A DNA stretch of 64,000 nt from an uncultured Candidatus Saccharibacteria bacterium (GCA_964617735.1 CAZTXT010000001.1:600549-664548); one strand, 5' to 3'; positions 44,346 to 54,190 are shown, counted from the first letter of the stretch. Notes: generated by a model from the letters alone, not told the origin. Made by a program: numbers and translations.

Positions 44346-46427
44346 TTATATATCCAAATTCGCCATCTTGGCGTTCGACTGTATGAATGACTTGCGTGCC
44401 GGTACATCCGTGCCCATGAGCATATCAAAGACTTTATCTGCTTCCTGCGCATCTTCTATCGTGACTTGTTTGAGAACACGCCTCGCCGGATCCATCGTCG
44501 TCTCCCACAACTCATCAGAATTCATCTCGCCCAAGCCCTTGTAGCGTTGAATATGCAACTTATCTTTCACGGATTTTCCTTTTTCAGCTTTCGCCTCCTG
44601 TTCGTCTTTTGCTTCTCCTTCAGGAACTTCCGCAGCAGGTTCGTCTTCGGAAACCAAATCCGTATCGGAGATCTTGCCGAGTGCCTTCTGCCGCTCGTTC
44701 TCGGTATAGAAATAACTGATCTCCTTGCCCTTCTTCACTTTATACAGCGGCGGCTGGGCAATGTAGACAAAGCCACCATCAAGAAGTGGTCGGAAATAGC
44801 GATAGAGGAGTGTCAAAATAAGCGTGCGGATATGCGCGCCGTCTACGTCGGCATCGGTCGCGATAACGATCTTGTGATAACGAAGTTTGGAGAGATCGAA
44901 CGTGTCCCCGATCGCGGTGCCAATAGCGACGACGAGATTCTTGATCTGCTCGGATGAAAGCATCTTATCGAGTCTCGCTCGCTCGATATTAAGGATCTTG
45001 CCGCGCAAAGGTAAAATGGCCTGAATACGCCGATCACGCCCCATTTTCGCGGTACCGCCGGCGCTATCTCCCTCGACAATGAAGAGTTCGGATTCAGTCG
45101 GATCATTCGACTGGCAGTCAGCGAGCTTCCCGGGAAGCGTCATGCCTTCAAGAGCGCCTTTGCGGAGGACCGAATCTTTTGCGGCCTTAGCCGCTTTGCG
45201 CGCTTTCATCGCCAGTACGACCTTGTTGATGATCGCGCGGGCATCGTCAGGCTTCTCTTCGAGGAACGCCGCGAATGCCTCGGCAAAAACCGAGTTTACC
45301 GCCGCTTGCGCTTCAACAGATCCAAGTTTCGCCTTCGTCTGCCCTTCAAACTGAATCTCCCGCAGCTTTACCGAGATCGCAACAGTCAAACCTTCCAACA
45401 CATCGTCGCCGGTGAATGTATCCTCGCCCTTCGCGAGATTGCTGTTCTTCGCATAGGTGTTGAGCGTACGAGTAAGTGCCGTCTTAAAGCCAGTCACATG
45501 CGTGCCGCCCTCACCATTGTAGATGTTGTTCGCGAACGGCAAGATGCGCGAGGAGATGTCGTCTACATATTGCAGCGCGACTTCCACTGATTCAACACTG
45601 TCGGATTTTTTCTCAACGTAAAAAACGTTCTTGTGGAGGGTCTTGTAGGAGCGGTTGTAGTATGAAACGAGCGATGCAAGGCCGCCCTCGAAATAGAACG
45701 TCTGTGATGGGATATCCAAACCCATTTCGCGAACGTAATAGACATCTGCGAGGTCGAGTTTTCCCTCAAAGCTTCTCGCGTCCATTACGGTAATCCGCAG
45801 CCCGCGGACAAGGTATGCCTGCTGACGCATATGGCTCACGATGCGATTGTAATCGAACTTGATCTCTGGAAAAATCGCCGAGTCGGGCTCAAAGGTAGTA
45901 ATCGTTCCGTGGAAATCTGAACTCCCGATTTTTTTTACTTTAGCTTTCGCTTTCCCTTGTTTGTACTCCTGATAGTAAACACCACCGTCACGATGTACGA
46001 CTACTTCGCAGAAAATGGAAAGCGCATTCACTACCGATGCACCCACGCCATGAAGACCTCCCGAGACTTTATACCCCTCGCCGCCGAATTTACCGCCGGC
46101 ATGCAAAGTCGTCATGATGGTTTCAAGCGCCGATACTTTGGTCTGCTTGTGCGTGTCCACGGGAATGCCGCGCCCGTTATCAGTGACGCGAACGCGATTG
46201 CCCGGCAGAAGCACTATCTCGATATCGTCGGCATAGCCGCCCATTGCTTCGTCGCGGGAATTGTCGAAAATCTCCGTAATAAGGTGATGCAAGCCGTCCG
46301 GCCCGGTCGTGCCGATATACATGCCGGGGCGCTTGCGCACCGGCTCAAGACCTTCAAGAACCGTGATGGATTCAGCCGTATAGTGATGGCCGGAACCGTT
46401 CTTTTTTTCGTCCTTATTCTTAGCCAT
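44346..46427 (-). CDS. gyrB: DNA gyrase subunit B
   Basis: LEPVRKRPGMYIG, SGGLHGVG, VEGDSAGG, PLRGK, DADVDG, QRYKGLGEM. Confidence 0.97.
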   Translation of the reverse strand: MAKNKDEKKNGSGHHYTAESITVLEGLEPVRKRPGMYIGTTGPDGLHHLITEIFDNSRDEAMGGYADDIEIVLLPGNRVRVTDNGRGIPVDTHKQTKVSALETIMTTLHAGGKFGGEGYKVSGGLHGVGASVVNALSIFCEVVVHRDGGVYYQEYKQGKAKAKVKKIGSSDFHGTITTFEPDSAIFPEIKFDYNRIVSHMRQQAYLVRGLRITVMDARSFEGKLDLADVYYVREMGLDIPSQTFYFEGGLASLVSYYNRSYKTLHKNVFYVEKKSDSVESVEVALQYVDDISSRILPFANNIYNGEGGTHVTGFKTALTRTLNTYAKNSNLAKGEDTFTGDDVLEGLTVAISVKLREIQFEGQTKAKLGSVEAQAAVNSVFAEAFAAFLEEKPDDARAIINKVVLAMKARKAAKAAKDSVLRKGALEGMTLPGKLADCQSNDPTESELFIVEGDSAGGTAKMGRDRRIQAILPLRGKILNIERARLDKMLSSEQIKNLVVAIGTAIGDTFDLSKLRYHKIVIATDADVDGAHIRTLILTLLYRYFRPLLDGGFVYIAQPPLYKVKKGKEISYFYTENERQKALGKISDTDLVSEDEPAAEVPEGEAKDEQEAKAEKGKSVKDKLHIQRYKGLGEMNSDELWETTMDPARRVLKQVTIEDAQEADKVFDMLMGTDVPARKSFIQSNAKMANLDI

Positions 46428-46582
46428 TGTTTAGGTTCCCAAAATTAAAAATACCTGCACTTAGGTAAGCCTATTTTACCAAAAATAAGCCTAAAAATAA
46501 AGGTGGAATGTGGAAAAATGTGGTGTAAAAATCAGTCCTAAGATTTGACTTACACTATAGATATATGGTATAAATATTCCAG

Positions 46583-46993
46583 ATGAAAACTAAACGTTCT
46601 TCTAATAATATCGGTAAAAACATTGGGACGGGGGTATTCTCGGAGACGGAGAAAAGAGCGACATTTGTTCTACTCTCTGCCATCATCATGCTCTTCGCTT
46701 CGTTCGCATTCGGGATGCCTGGGACTATGATGGCAAGTTTCTTTCTGGGAATAGTCGTCAAGGAAAAGATCAGCGACTGGCAGCCATGGCTCAAATATAC
46801 CACTCTACTGTTGGTGAGCCTGATGACTGCAGGCGTTCTCATAACATCGAGTCATCCCTTGGGATGGTTCCACATTCTCGAAGACGAAGTCTCGGCGCCA
46901 TTGAGATTCATTGGTGCCTTGGCCAGTGCATACGGGTCCTGTATCGCTGGCGCATGTCTGGGGATCATCTTCTGTGCGAGGAATAGAAAGTAA
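46583..46993 (+). CDS. hypothetical membrane protein (cassette)
   Basis: 136 aa hydrophobic; TTGACT promoter; terminator at 47007-47044. Confidence 0.6.
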   Translation: MKTKRSSNNIGKNIGTGVFSETEKRATFVLLSAIIMLFASFAFGMPGTMMASFFLGIVVKEKISDWQPWLKYTTLLLVSLMTAGVLITSSHPLGWFHILEDEVSAPLRFIGALASAYGSCIAGACLGIIFCARNRK

Positions 46994-47095
46994 TTAAGTT
47001 CGACAAGCGCCTGATCCGTCGGCCGATGGATCAGGCGCCTTTTGTTTGATACTCAACAGCTGCTGTGATAACATCTGCTTGGAAAGGAACTTCGC

Positions 47096-47440
47096 ATGAA
47101 AACCCGAGCCAAAGTGTTTATACCATACACTCATCCGACCGAACGACAGAAATTTCAGCGATTTCTCGCTGTCGCCGCCGCACTCACACTCCTCGCCTGT
47201 ATTTTCTTGGGCTGGGAAGGTCACGTGCTCATCGCCGCATTCACGGGGTACATCATCGGTTGCAATGCAACCGCATCGAACACCAAACCGCGTCTCCTGG
47301 CCGCAAGCTTCCTGCTCATCGTCGGCACCTTGTTCACTTCGGTGAAAGCCCCGGGGTGGGAATATCCCCTCGTGGGCAGTATCGTCGCTTCCACGACCTG
47401 CATCCTTTTCTTTCTCCTGGGAAAGAGAATGATCGCGTAA
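47096..47440 (+). CDS. hypothetical 4-TM membrane protein (cassette)
   Basis: TTGATA...TAACAT promoter, GAAAGGA RBS, terminator at 47460-47491. Confidence 0.65.
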   Translation: MKTRAKVFIPYTHPTERQKFQRFLAVAAALTLLACIFLGWEGHVLIAAFTGYIIGCNATASNTKPRLLAASFLLIVGTLFTSVKAPGWEYPLVGSIVASTTCILFFLLGKRMIA

Positions 47441-47494
47441 GAGCAATGCGGCTCTGAACAACCCGATCCCTAGTGGATCGGGTTTCTTTTTCAG

Positions 47495-48637
47495 CTATCT
47501 GATCGCCGCCTTGAGCTCGGCCTCTGTCCTCTCCTGAATTTTTTGCTGGATCACATTAATCTCTTGATTCGTAAGCGTCCTTTCCGGAGAACGGTAGACG
47601 ATACGGAATGTATAGCTTTTCTTTCCCTTCCCGAACTTTTTATCATCTTCATATGTATCGAGCAGCTTGACCTCTTCGATCAAATTGCCCGCGTACTCTC
47701 TCACGATCTCAAAATAGTTATTCAGGCTGGTCTCTGCAGCAACGAGAAATGAAATGTCCCTGACTATCGGAGGATATTTGCTCACCTCTCTGAACGTGCT
47801 GTTGATGTCGGTAAACTGGCTCGTTATCCGTGGGTCTTCTGACCAGAGGATTCGGATATCGGGGATACTCATTTTTATCATCGCGAGACGCTCTCCAAAT
47901 CCGAATGCCCAGCCGTTGTAGACCGCAGGGTCGATCCCGAAATTCTTCATCACGATAGGATTGACGAGGCCCGCGCCATTGACTTCAAGCCAGTTGCCAT
48001 TGAACTTAATATCCATCTCAAGGCTCTCGATAGTATAGGGGAAATCGTCGTCGAGAAACTTATATTCTATATTCGCACCGAAAATTCCTTTCGCAAGATC
48101 AATCTGCACTTCTTTCAGGTCGTTTTGCGTGATAACCTTCTTCGATTTTTTGCATATCAGGAGTCCATCTATCTGGTGAAAAGCCGGGAAATGATGCCGG
48201 TCTATCTCGTCTTTCCGAAAAACGATACCCCGAGATAGTGCTTTCACCTCCCCCACCTCATCGAGCCTTCGTAGAACTTCTTTGTCTTTGAGATAAAAGG
48301 ACCACATCGCAGTCATTTGAGTCCGAAGCAAATGGTTTTCGTCTAGGTAATAAGTATCGGTCTCTCTCCTGCTCGGATGCTCTCGAGGGGTGTTTAGTAG
48401 ATCGAAATTATCCTTTACGGTGACGATTTTAGGAAAGTCAACGAGATCGAAGTCCTTAAATCGCGGGAGGTCGATTATCTGATCGAAAAGAATCTTTACC
48501 GGAGAATTCGGTTTGCGGGTAAGATCAGGCAACTGGAGCAGGCGTTGCATACGCAAACTCTTAAAATCAGTTCGCTTGAAGAGCTCTGCTTCCAGCTCTT
48601 TTTCCTTGGGATCGGTAATGGCTATCTCATTTCTCAT
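47495..48637 (-). CDS. pheS: single-chain (mitochondrial-type) phenylalanyl-tRNA synthetase: catalytic domain plus FDX-ACB anticodon domain
   Basis: NFDLLNTP.EHPSR..DTYY, LLRTQMT, FRKDEIDRHH.P.FHQ, GWAFGFGERLAM...PDIR..W, then SKYPPIVRDISF...YRSPERTLT. Confidence 0.9.
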   Translation of the reverse strand: MRNEIAITDPKEKELEAELFKRTDFKSLRMQRLLQLPDLTRKPNSPVKILFDQIIDLPRFKDFDLVDFPKIVTVKDNFDLLNTPREHPSRRETDTYYLDENHLLRTQMTAMWSFYLKDKEVLRRLDEVGEVKALSRGIVFRKDEIDRHHFPAFHQIDGLLICKKSKKVITQNDLKEVQIDLAKGIFGANIEYKFLDDDFPYTIESLEMDIKFNGNWLEVNGAGLVNPIVMKNFGIDPAVYNGWAFGFGERLAMIKMSIPDIRILWSEDPRITSQFTDINSTFREVSKYPPIVRDISFLVAAETSLNNYFEIVREYAGNLIEEVKLLDTYEDDKKFGKGKKSYTFRIVYRSPERTLTNQEINVIQQKIQERTEAELKAAIR

Positions 48638-48685
48638 AGTCAGGTATTATACGCAAAAGCTACGTTAAATACAGGAAGGAGGACT

Positions 48686-48901
48686 TCAGGCACGAAGGTA
48701 CGTGAATCTCGGTACGTGTACACCATCAACCTCCACCTCTTCGTTGAACATAGAAAGCGGCCGCACCCAATACTTTTGCTCTGATTCATCTGGAAGCGAT
48801 CCATACACAACCATGTCTTCAAGCGTTTCCGAGTGCGTGACAATGAAATGTACGCGGTAGAGTTTGCCGGTTTTCGAATGCTTATAGATACCAATTTTCA
48901 T
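48686..48901 (-). CDS. DUF1653 family protein
   Basis: GIYKHSK.GKLYRV...HSETLEDMVVY...WVRPLSMF...PRF. Confidence 0.85.
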   Translation of the reverse strand: MKIGIYKHSKTGKLYRVHFIVTHSETLEDMVVYGSLPDESEQKYWVRPLSMFNEEVEVDGVHVPRFTYLRA

Positions 48902-48937
48902 TTTTTATCAATTCTGCGAAAACTGCTTCAGGTATCC

Positions 48938-50587
48938 TTAGGCCTTCCTCGTATCCAAATGTGCAAGGGCGTAGTCGAGCGTACCACCGACTTTTTTCCC
49001 GGGATTGAAGATGCCGAGGGGGTCGAATATCTTTTTAGTCTGCTCGAATAGCTTGTACACCGCATTTCCATACGCCTGTGGCAAGAATGGCGTACGGATG
49101 AGGCCGTCGTTATGTTCGCTGGTGATAGAACCTTTGTAGCGGATCACAAGATCGTACACTTTCTTCGAGAGGGAGACGATGGTGTCTTTCATCTTCGGAT
49201 CGGTCGGATCCATCAGAGGAATGATGTGGAAATTTCCGTCGCCGACATGGCCTGCGACCGTATAAATCATTTTATACTCCCCCAAGATCTTGTAGAGCTC
49301 GGGTAGAAACTTTGGCAAAAGATGCGCTTGCACGGAGAAATCATCGATGAACGGTGCGGTGCGCAAGCCTCGGACGTGCTTGCGTAAAAGGTTGAAGCTC
49401 TCATGGCGGATGATCCAGAACTCTTGCGACTCTTCTTCCGATTTCGTTACGCGCACTTTAACGCCAGCTATTCTCCTAAGCTCATCCGCCGCAGTATGCA
49501 TTATTTTCTCGACCTCCCCGACCGTATCACCGCTGAATTCAGCGAGCAGGACCAGTTTCGGGATACCACCGGTAACGATAAACCACGCCTCGGGAATGGA
49601 ACTCAATACCAGGCGCAGAAAATTTCCTTTTATCTGATGTAGGATCTCGGGGAAGAATTTGAATGCAAGCTTGAACGTGCTGTCGTCATAAGATTCGAGG
49701 CTCTCGGGCTTAAAGGGCAAGATTCTCTCCGTCAGCTCGGTCAGCGAATCGAGATTTTTGATGAAAATGACCATCAGACGGGATACCGGCTTAGGTCGAA
49801 TGAGTTTCAGCTTGATTTGGGTGATGATACCCAAGGTCCCCTGTGAGCCGACGAGAAGTTTGGTGAGATCGAACGTACGCGTTTTAGGATTGAGAACATT
49901 CCAGAGGTAGTAACCCGATGAATTCTTCGTTACCGCGGGCTTCGCATCCAAAAGCAGCTTCAGATTCTCGGCGATGAGCGCGTACATGCGCTTATAGATC
50001 TCCGATTCGAACGTCCCTCCCACTTCTTTCTGTATCAGCTCATGGGGTGTTTGAAGCGAAAAGACATACTCATTGCCATCGGCGAGCACTACCCTCAGCG
50101 ATTCGACATATCGTTCGGTTTTACCGTATTGCAAGGTCTTCTCGCCCCCCGCGTTGTTCGCCACCATGCCGCCGATCGTGCAGAGCTCCCGCGAGGCCGG
50201 GTAGCTGGGCATAAGGAGACCCTTCGCAAGAGTCTGTTTCTCAAAATCGCGATAGTACATACCCGGCTCTACCACCGCGTAATCGGCACCGATCTCAATG
50301 AGCCGGTTGAAATACTTCGTCATATCCATGACGATTGATTCGGTCAAGGGCCCGCCGGTCATATCGGTTCCCGCCGAGCGCGCCGTGAGCGAGACAGCGC
50401 GGCCTTTTGAACGCTCTTCGCCAACGAATCTGACAAGCTTCTTGATATCTTCGACATCCTTTGGGAATACGACGACTGCAGGACGGACGCAAAAAAGGCT
50501 CGCGTCCCGGCTGTATTTCTCAAGGGCAGAGCTCGAATCGTCGACGTCTCCTTTGATCAGAGATTTTATTTCATCCGAAAGGGCCAT
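48938..50587 (-). CDS. FAD-binding oxidoreductase (GlcD/D-lactate dehydrogenase family)
   Basis: RSAGTDMTGG, GGMVANNAGG, GSQGTLG, GHVGDGNFH, SEHNDG, FDPLGIFNPGK. Confidence 0.9.
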   Translation of the reverse strand: MALSDEIKSLIKGDVDDSSSALEKYSRDASLFCVRPAVVVFPKDVEDIKKLVRFVGEERSKGRAVSLTARSAGTDMTGGPLTESIVMDMTKYFNRLIEIGADYAVVEPGMYYRDFEKQTLAKGLLMPSYPASRELCTIGGMVANNAGGEKTLQYGKTERYVESLRVVLADGNEYVFSLQTPHELIQKEVGGTFESEIYKRMYALIAENLKLLLDAKPAVTKNSSGYYLWNVLNPKTRTFDLTKLLVGSQGTLGIITQIKLKLIRPKPVSRLMVIFIKNLDSLTELTERILPFKPESLESYDDSTFKLAFKFFPEILHQIKGNFLRLVLSSIPEAWFIVTGGIPKLVLLAEFSGDTVGEVEKIMHTAADELRRIAGVKVRVTKSEEESQEFWIIRHESFNLLRKHVRGLRTAPFIDDFSVQAHLLPKFLPELYKILGEYKMIYTVAGHVGDGNFHIIPLMDPTDPKMKDTIVSLSKKVYDLVIRYKGSITSEHNDGLIRTPFLPQAYGNAVYKLFEQTKKIFDPLGIFNPGKKVGGTLDYALAHLDTRKA

Positions 50588-50704
50588 AACGAATAACTAC
50601 ATTATAGCCCACGCTAGGGGTGCATACGGTAAAGACGTGTATAACTTATTCCCCGACCCGTCCCTGGTTCAAATCCTCACGGCATCTCACTCACTTCGTT
50701 CGTG

Positions 50705-50776
50705 AGCCGCCCCTCGGATTTGAACCGAGAACCTTCGCTTTACAAAAGCGTTGCTCTACCGTTGAGCTAGGGCGGC
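50705..50776 (-). tRNA. tRNA-Thr (anticodon TGT), CCA not encoded
   Basis: GCCGCCC TA GCTC AACGGTA GAGC A ACGCT TTTGTAA AGCGA AGGTT CTCGG TTCAAAT CCGAG GGGCGGC T cloverleaf. Confidence 0.95.
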
Positions 50777-50834
50777 GCTAAAAAAGGCCTCGTACGGCCT
50801 TCAGAAACTAGTATATATTCAAGAGCGCTGTATT

Positions 50835-51236
50835 TCAAATCTTGTGCGGTCCCGTGGTTCGCTTCAGAGCGTTTTTATAATCCACGACATCCTGTATGAA
50901 GAGCGACGCAGATTTGCGCTCGATCTTCTGTTCACGCGCGAATTCTCTCCAGTGCCTGACGCGGCGCTCAACGGTTTGGATAAGGAAGTGCACATAGGCG
51001 GCGAAGATATGGTGCACATGATGCACAAAAACCGAGCTGTAATGCCACATCTGCATCAGCACCACACGCAGTAGTACCGATAATCTCCTGATCATAGTGC
51101 TCAAGGGCAGATCAAACCGACCCAGGAACTTCGAGATCAATCCCTGTCTTCCGAGATTAAGGCTCACCCACTTACCAGCCATCATGGCGGAAAGAAGCGC
51201 GAGGGAAATAAAGAAGAGTAGACTTGAGGATGGCAT
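50835..51236 (-). CDS. hypothetical membrane-associated protein
   Basis: 133-aa ORF 3 nt downstream of tsf; N-terminal TM. Confidence 0.7.
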   Translation of the reverse strand: MPSSSLLFFISLALLSAMMAGKWVSLNLGRQGLISKFLGRFDLPLSTMIRRLSVLLRVVLMQMWHYSSVFVHHVHHIFAAYVHFLIQTVERRVRHWREFAREQKIERKSASLFIQDVVDYKNALKRTTGPHKI

Positions 51237-51239
51237 AAT

Positions 51240-51830
51240 CTAGAGGGCTAAGCGCACAAATTTTATCAATTCGATCTTCTCACCAAACTTCTGTATTGCG
51301 CTCTGGATAAGATCGCGGACGGTGATCTCCGGATTCTTTATGAACGACTGCTCAAGCAAAGCCTTCTCATTGAAATACGAGCCGAGCTTCCCTTCCATGA
51401 TCTTCTCTTGCATGGCTTTGGGTTTTCCCGCGACTTCTTTGGCAAAAACCTCCCGCGCGGTTTGCTTGGCATCCTCCGGGACCTGATCGAAACTGACATA
51501 TTCGGGAGCAGTAGCGGCTACCTGCATCGCGAGATCGCGGGCGAGTGACTGGAATTCCTGATTGCTTGAAACGAAATCGGTCTCGCAGGAAAGCAATACC
51601 ATCGCGCCGATAGCGCCGTTGGAGTGCGTGTAGGAAGCGACGGTTCCGGCTTTAAGCTCTCGGTCGGCTTTCTTGGCGGCAGTAGCTGCGCCTTTCTTGC
51701 GTAAAAGCACGATCGCCTTTTCGACATCTCCGCCTGCTTCCTCGAGGGCCTTTTTGCATTGCATAACCGAAACGCCCGTCTTATCGCGCAATGCTTTGAT
51801 TACCTCCGTGGAGACTTCTTTGTTGGCCAT
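51240..51830 (-). CDS. tsf: elongation factor Ts (short form)
   Basis: LRDKTGVSVMQCKKAL, CETDFVS. Confidence 0.96.
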   Translation of the reverse strand: MANKEVSTEVIKALRDKTGVSVMQCKKALEEAGGDVEKAIVLLRKKGAATAAKKADRELKAGTVASYTHSNGAIGAMVLLSCETDFVSSNQEFQSLARDLAMQVAATAPEYVSFDQVPEDAKQTAREVFAKEVAGKPKAMQEKIMEGKLGSYFNEKALLEQSFIKNPEITVRDLIQSAIQKFGEKIELIKFVRLAL

Positions 51831-51863
51831 AGGAAATAGTATAACAGATCGGCAATCCCTTGG

Positions 51864-52574
51864 TTAAGCCGATCCCGTGCGTCCCTCTTTTATGGCCGAA
51901 ACTATAGAGTTTATGAAAAACGCGATACTCGCTCGGGCACTGTCATTGCCCGCCACCGGGATATCAATCAATGAAAGATCGCAGTCAGAACCGGCGAGCG
52001 CAAGGACTTTCACCGCGGTTTTGTGCGCTTCCGCCACCGCGATATGCTCGCGTCCCGGATCGACGACAATGAGCGCCGCCGGAATGCTTTTGAGACTGAT
52101 AAGTCCGGAAAAAAGAGATTCGAGTCGTTCAATCTCGCGATCTATCATCAAGCGCTCCCGTTTAGTATATTTCGAGAGCTCGCCTTTTTCGCGCTTTTCG
52201 CGCAAATCGATCAGCTTATCGATGCGACCACGGATGACGTTGAAGTTGGTGAGCGTGCCTCCGATCCAGCGTCCGGCGACATACGGCATACCAAGCTCCT
52301 GCCCCGCTTGCTTGATCATCTCCGTCGCTTCATGTTTGCTTGAGACAAAAACCACCTGCTTACCTTCTTTGCCGAGTGTGCGTGCAAATTCTTTTGCGCG
52401 TTCTAAAAGCTCCTTCGTTTTCTCCAAATCGAAGATGTCAATGGAATTCTTGGCACCGAAAATAAAAGGTTTAACGGATGGATGACGGCGAGAACGCGCG
52501 TAGCCGTAATGAGCGCCCGCGCTAAAAAGCGCATCTATCAAGGGGTCATTTTTAGTTTCTTTGACCATTTCCAT
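51864..52574 (-). CDS. rpsB: 30S ribosomal protein S2
   Basis: AGAHYG, RWIGGTLTNF, GNDSA. Confidence 0.97.
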   Translation of the reverse strand: MEMVKETKNDPLIDALFSAGAHYGYARSRRHPSVKPFIFGAKNSIDIFDLEKTKELLERAKEFARTLGKEGKQVVFVSSKHEATEMIKQAGQELGMPYVAGRWIGGTLTNFNVIRGRIDKLIDLREKREKGELSKYTKRERLMIDREIERLESLFSGLISLKSIPAALIVVDPGREHIAVAEAHKTAVKVLALAGSDCDLSLIDIPVAGNDSARASIAFFINSIVSAIKEGRTGSA

Positions 52575-52632
52575 AGAGGAGATAGCTTAGCAGAAAAATA
52601 TACTGACCGCAACTATACGGCGACTCCGATCG

Positions 52633-53595
52633 TCAGTTCATTTTGAGCGCTGCAGCGGAGAGAGCTTCGACGATTGGTTCGAGATTCCCTTCAAAAACAT
52701 GCTCCATATTGTGCCACGATTCCTTGATGCGGTGATCAGTTATCCGGTCTTGCAGCCAGTTATACGTGCGGATCTTCTCGCTTCTATCTCCCGTTCCCAC
52801 TTGCGCTTTGCGGTTCGCGGAATATTTTTTAGCCTCTTCTTCATCCCGCAGTACCTGCAATTTCGCTTTAAGAATGCTGAGTGCATGCTCGCGGTTTGCC
52901 ACCTGGCTTCGCTCTGCCGTGGAACGCACGGTGAGCCCAGTCGGCTTATGGGTCAACCGTACGGCGGTTTCCACCTTATTGACGTTCTGGCCTCCCTTTC
53001 CCCCGGCGCGGGAGAATTCTATTTCAAGGTCAGCGGGGCTTATCTCGACTTTACTAGACTGACGCAAGGGCAATATGGCAACCGAAGCGGTCGAGGTGTG
53101 GATGCGGCCCGACTTCTCTGTTGGCGGCACCCGCTGGATGCGGTGCACTCCAGTCTCGAACTGGAGTTTGCGATACGCGTCCTTACCGTGAATCTCAAAG
53201 ACACCTTCTTTATAGCCGCCCAGATCCGACTTCGACTCGTCAACGACTCGAAAATCCCACCCCTGGGTCTGGCTGTAGCGTTTATACAGCTCGGCAAGTT
53301 GCGCCGCAAAAAGTGCGGCCTCTTCACCGCCGGCTCCGGCGCGAACCTCCAATACGATATCGCTCGGAAATTCCTCCTCTTCTTTTTCCGCTTCCGCTAT
53401 CTTCTTCATCTGATTCGCAAGTTCGGCAAGCTGGGCTGAAAGTGTCGCTTGTTCCCCTTTCGCCATCTCGGCAAGACCGGGATCGGTGGACATCTTTTCT
53501 AATTCACGGTACTCCGAAAGCAGCCGCTCATACTCGGAAGCGAGAAATGAAGTTTTACGGTTCTCTTTGAATGGCGTGAGATCGAAATCGTTCAT
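52633..53595 (-). CDS. prfA: peptide chain release factor 1
   Basis: [19 protein letters not shown] (PxT), [19 protein letters not shown]; downstream of rpmE. Confidence 0.94.
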   Translation of the reverse strand: MNDFDLTPFKENRKTSFLASEYERLLSEYRELEKMSTDPGLAEMAKGEQATLSAQLAELANQMKKIAEAEKEEEEFPSDIVLEVRAGAGGEEAALFAAQLAELYKRYSQTQGWDFRVVDESKSDLGGYKEGVFEIHGKDAYRKLQFETGVHRIQRVPPTEKSGRIHTSTASVAILPLRQSSKVEISPADLEIEFSRAGGKGGQNVNKVETAVRLTHKPTGLTVRSTAERSQVANREHALSILKAKLQVLRDEEEAKKYSANRKAQVGTGDRSEKIRTYNWLQDRITDHRIKESWHNMEHVFEGNLEPIVEALSAAALKMN

Positions 53596-53643
53596 AGATA
53601 TGGAAAAACGGCTCCGATCCGGGTCGGAGCCGTTTTTAGTTCG

Positions 53644-53874
53644 TTACTTAGATGCCTTTGTCTTCGGAGATGACTTTTTGGCAAGGCGAGCCTTGAAGCG
53701 CTCGACGCGGCCAGCGGTATCCAAAACTTTGTCATTTCCGGTATAGAACGGATGGCAATTGGAGCAGATTTCAACATGCATGCTCTCCTTTGTAGAACCA
53801 ACAGTAAAACTGTTCCCGCAGGAGCAGGTGACTTTAGCGTGCTCGAAATATTTTGGATGTATGTCGGTTTGCAT
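53644..53874 (-). CDS. rpmE: 50S ribosomal protein L31 (Zn-binding type)
   Basis: [31 protein letters not shown]. Confidence 0.97.
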   Translation of the reverse strand: MQTDIHPKYFEHAKVTCSCGNSFTVGSTKESMHVEICSNCHPFYTGNDKVLDTAGRVERFKARLAKKSSPKTKASK

Positions 53875-53954
53875 GTTCGTATAGATAAACACCTTACCCT
53901 AAAAAGTAAGTTGATGCAAGTTTCGGTAAGATGGTGCGAAACCTATAATGAGTT

Positions 53955-54190
53955 TAGTAGTTGTGCTTCCTGGTAGGATGTGTAGACCAGGTGGTGTCTC
54001 AAAGCTGGCGCCAGTCTTTTGTTCCACCAGCAACCGGTATTGATGGCACAAATAACCGTAAAGCCCATGGCCTTGCTAAATCAGAGCGGAAAGCTTACGC
54101 CCTGGCAGTAGCGCATGTGCCGCGGGAACAAACCCGCTCCGAAGCGGGTCCGACTATGAGCGCCTGGACTTCCATTCCGGGCGCTTTTTT
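53955..54190 (+). ncRNA. putative structured non-coding RNA, family unassigned
   Basis: TATAAT at 53944, terminator at 54159-54190, several nested helices, no convincing ORF. Confidence 0.55.

Noticed and set aside
14759-46427. Inteins or introns in dnaE, gyrB or uvr genes
   Set aside because: Lengths are normal or short; the GyrB insertion is a short acidic linker without splicing motifs
6470-50800. Recurring CGTA/GTA loops in intergenic hairpins considered as attC- or REP-like sites
   Set aside because: On the minus strand several read as UACG-type stable RNA loops of ordinary terminators; stems differ and no integrase or transposase is present
54046-54114. Frame reading ...RKAYALAVA, resembling a tmRNA tag, with TCCACCA nearby
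   Set aside because: No stop codon after the tag-like peptide, and no tRNA-like acceptor/T-arm or GGGG 5' end
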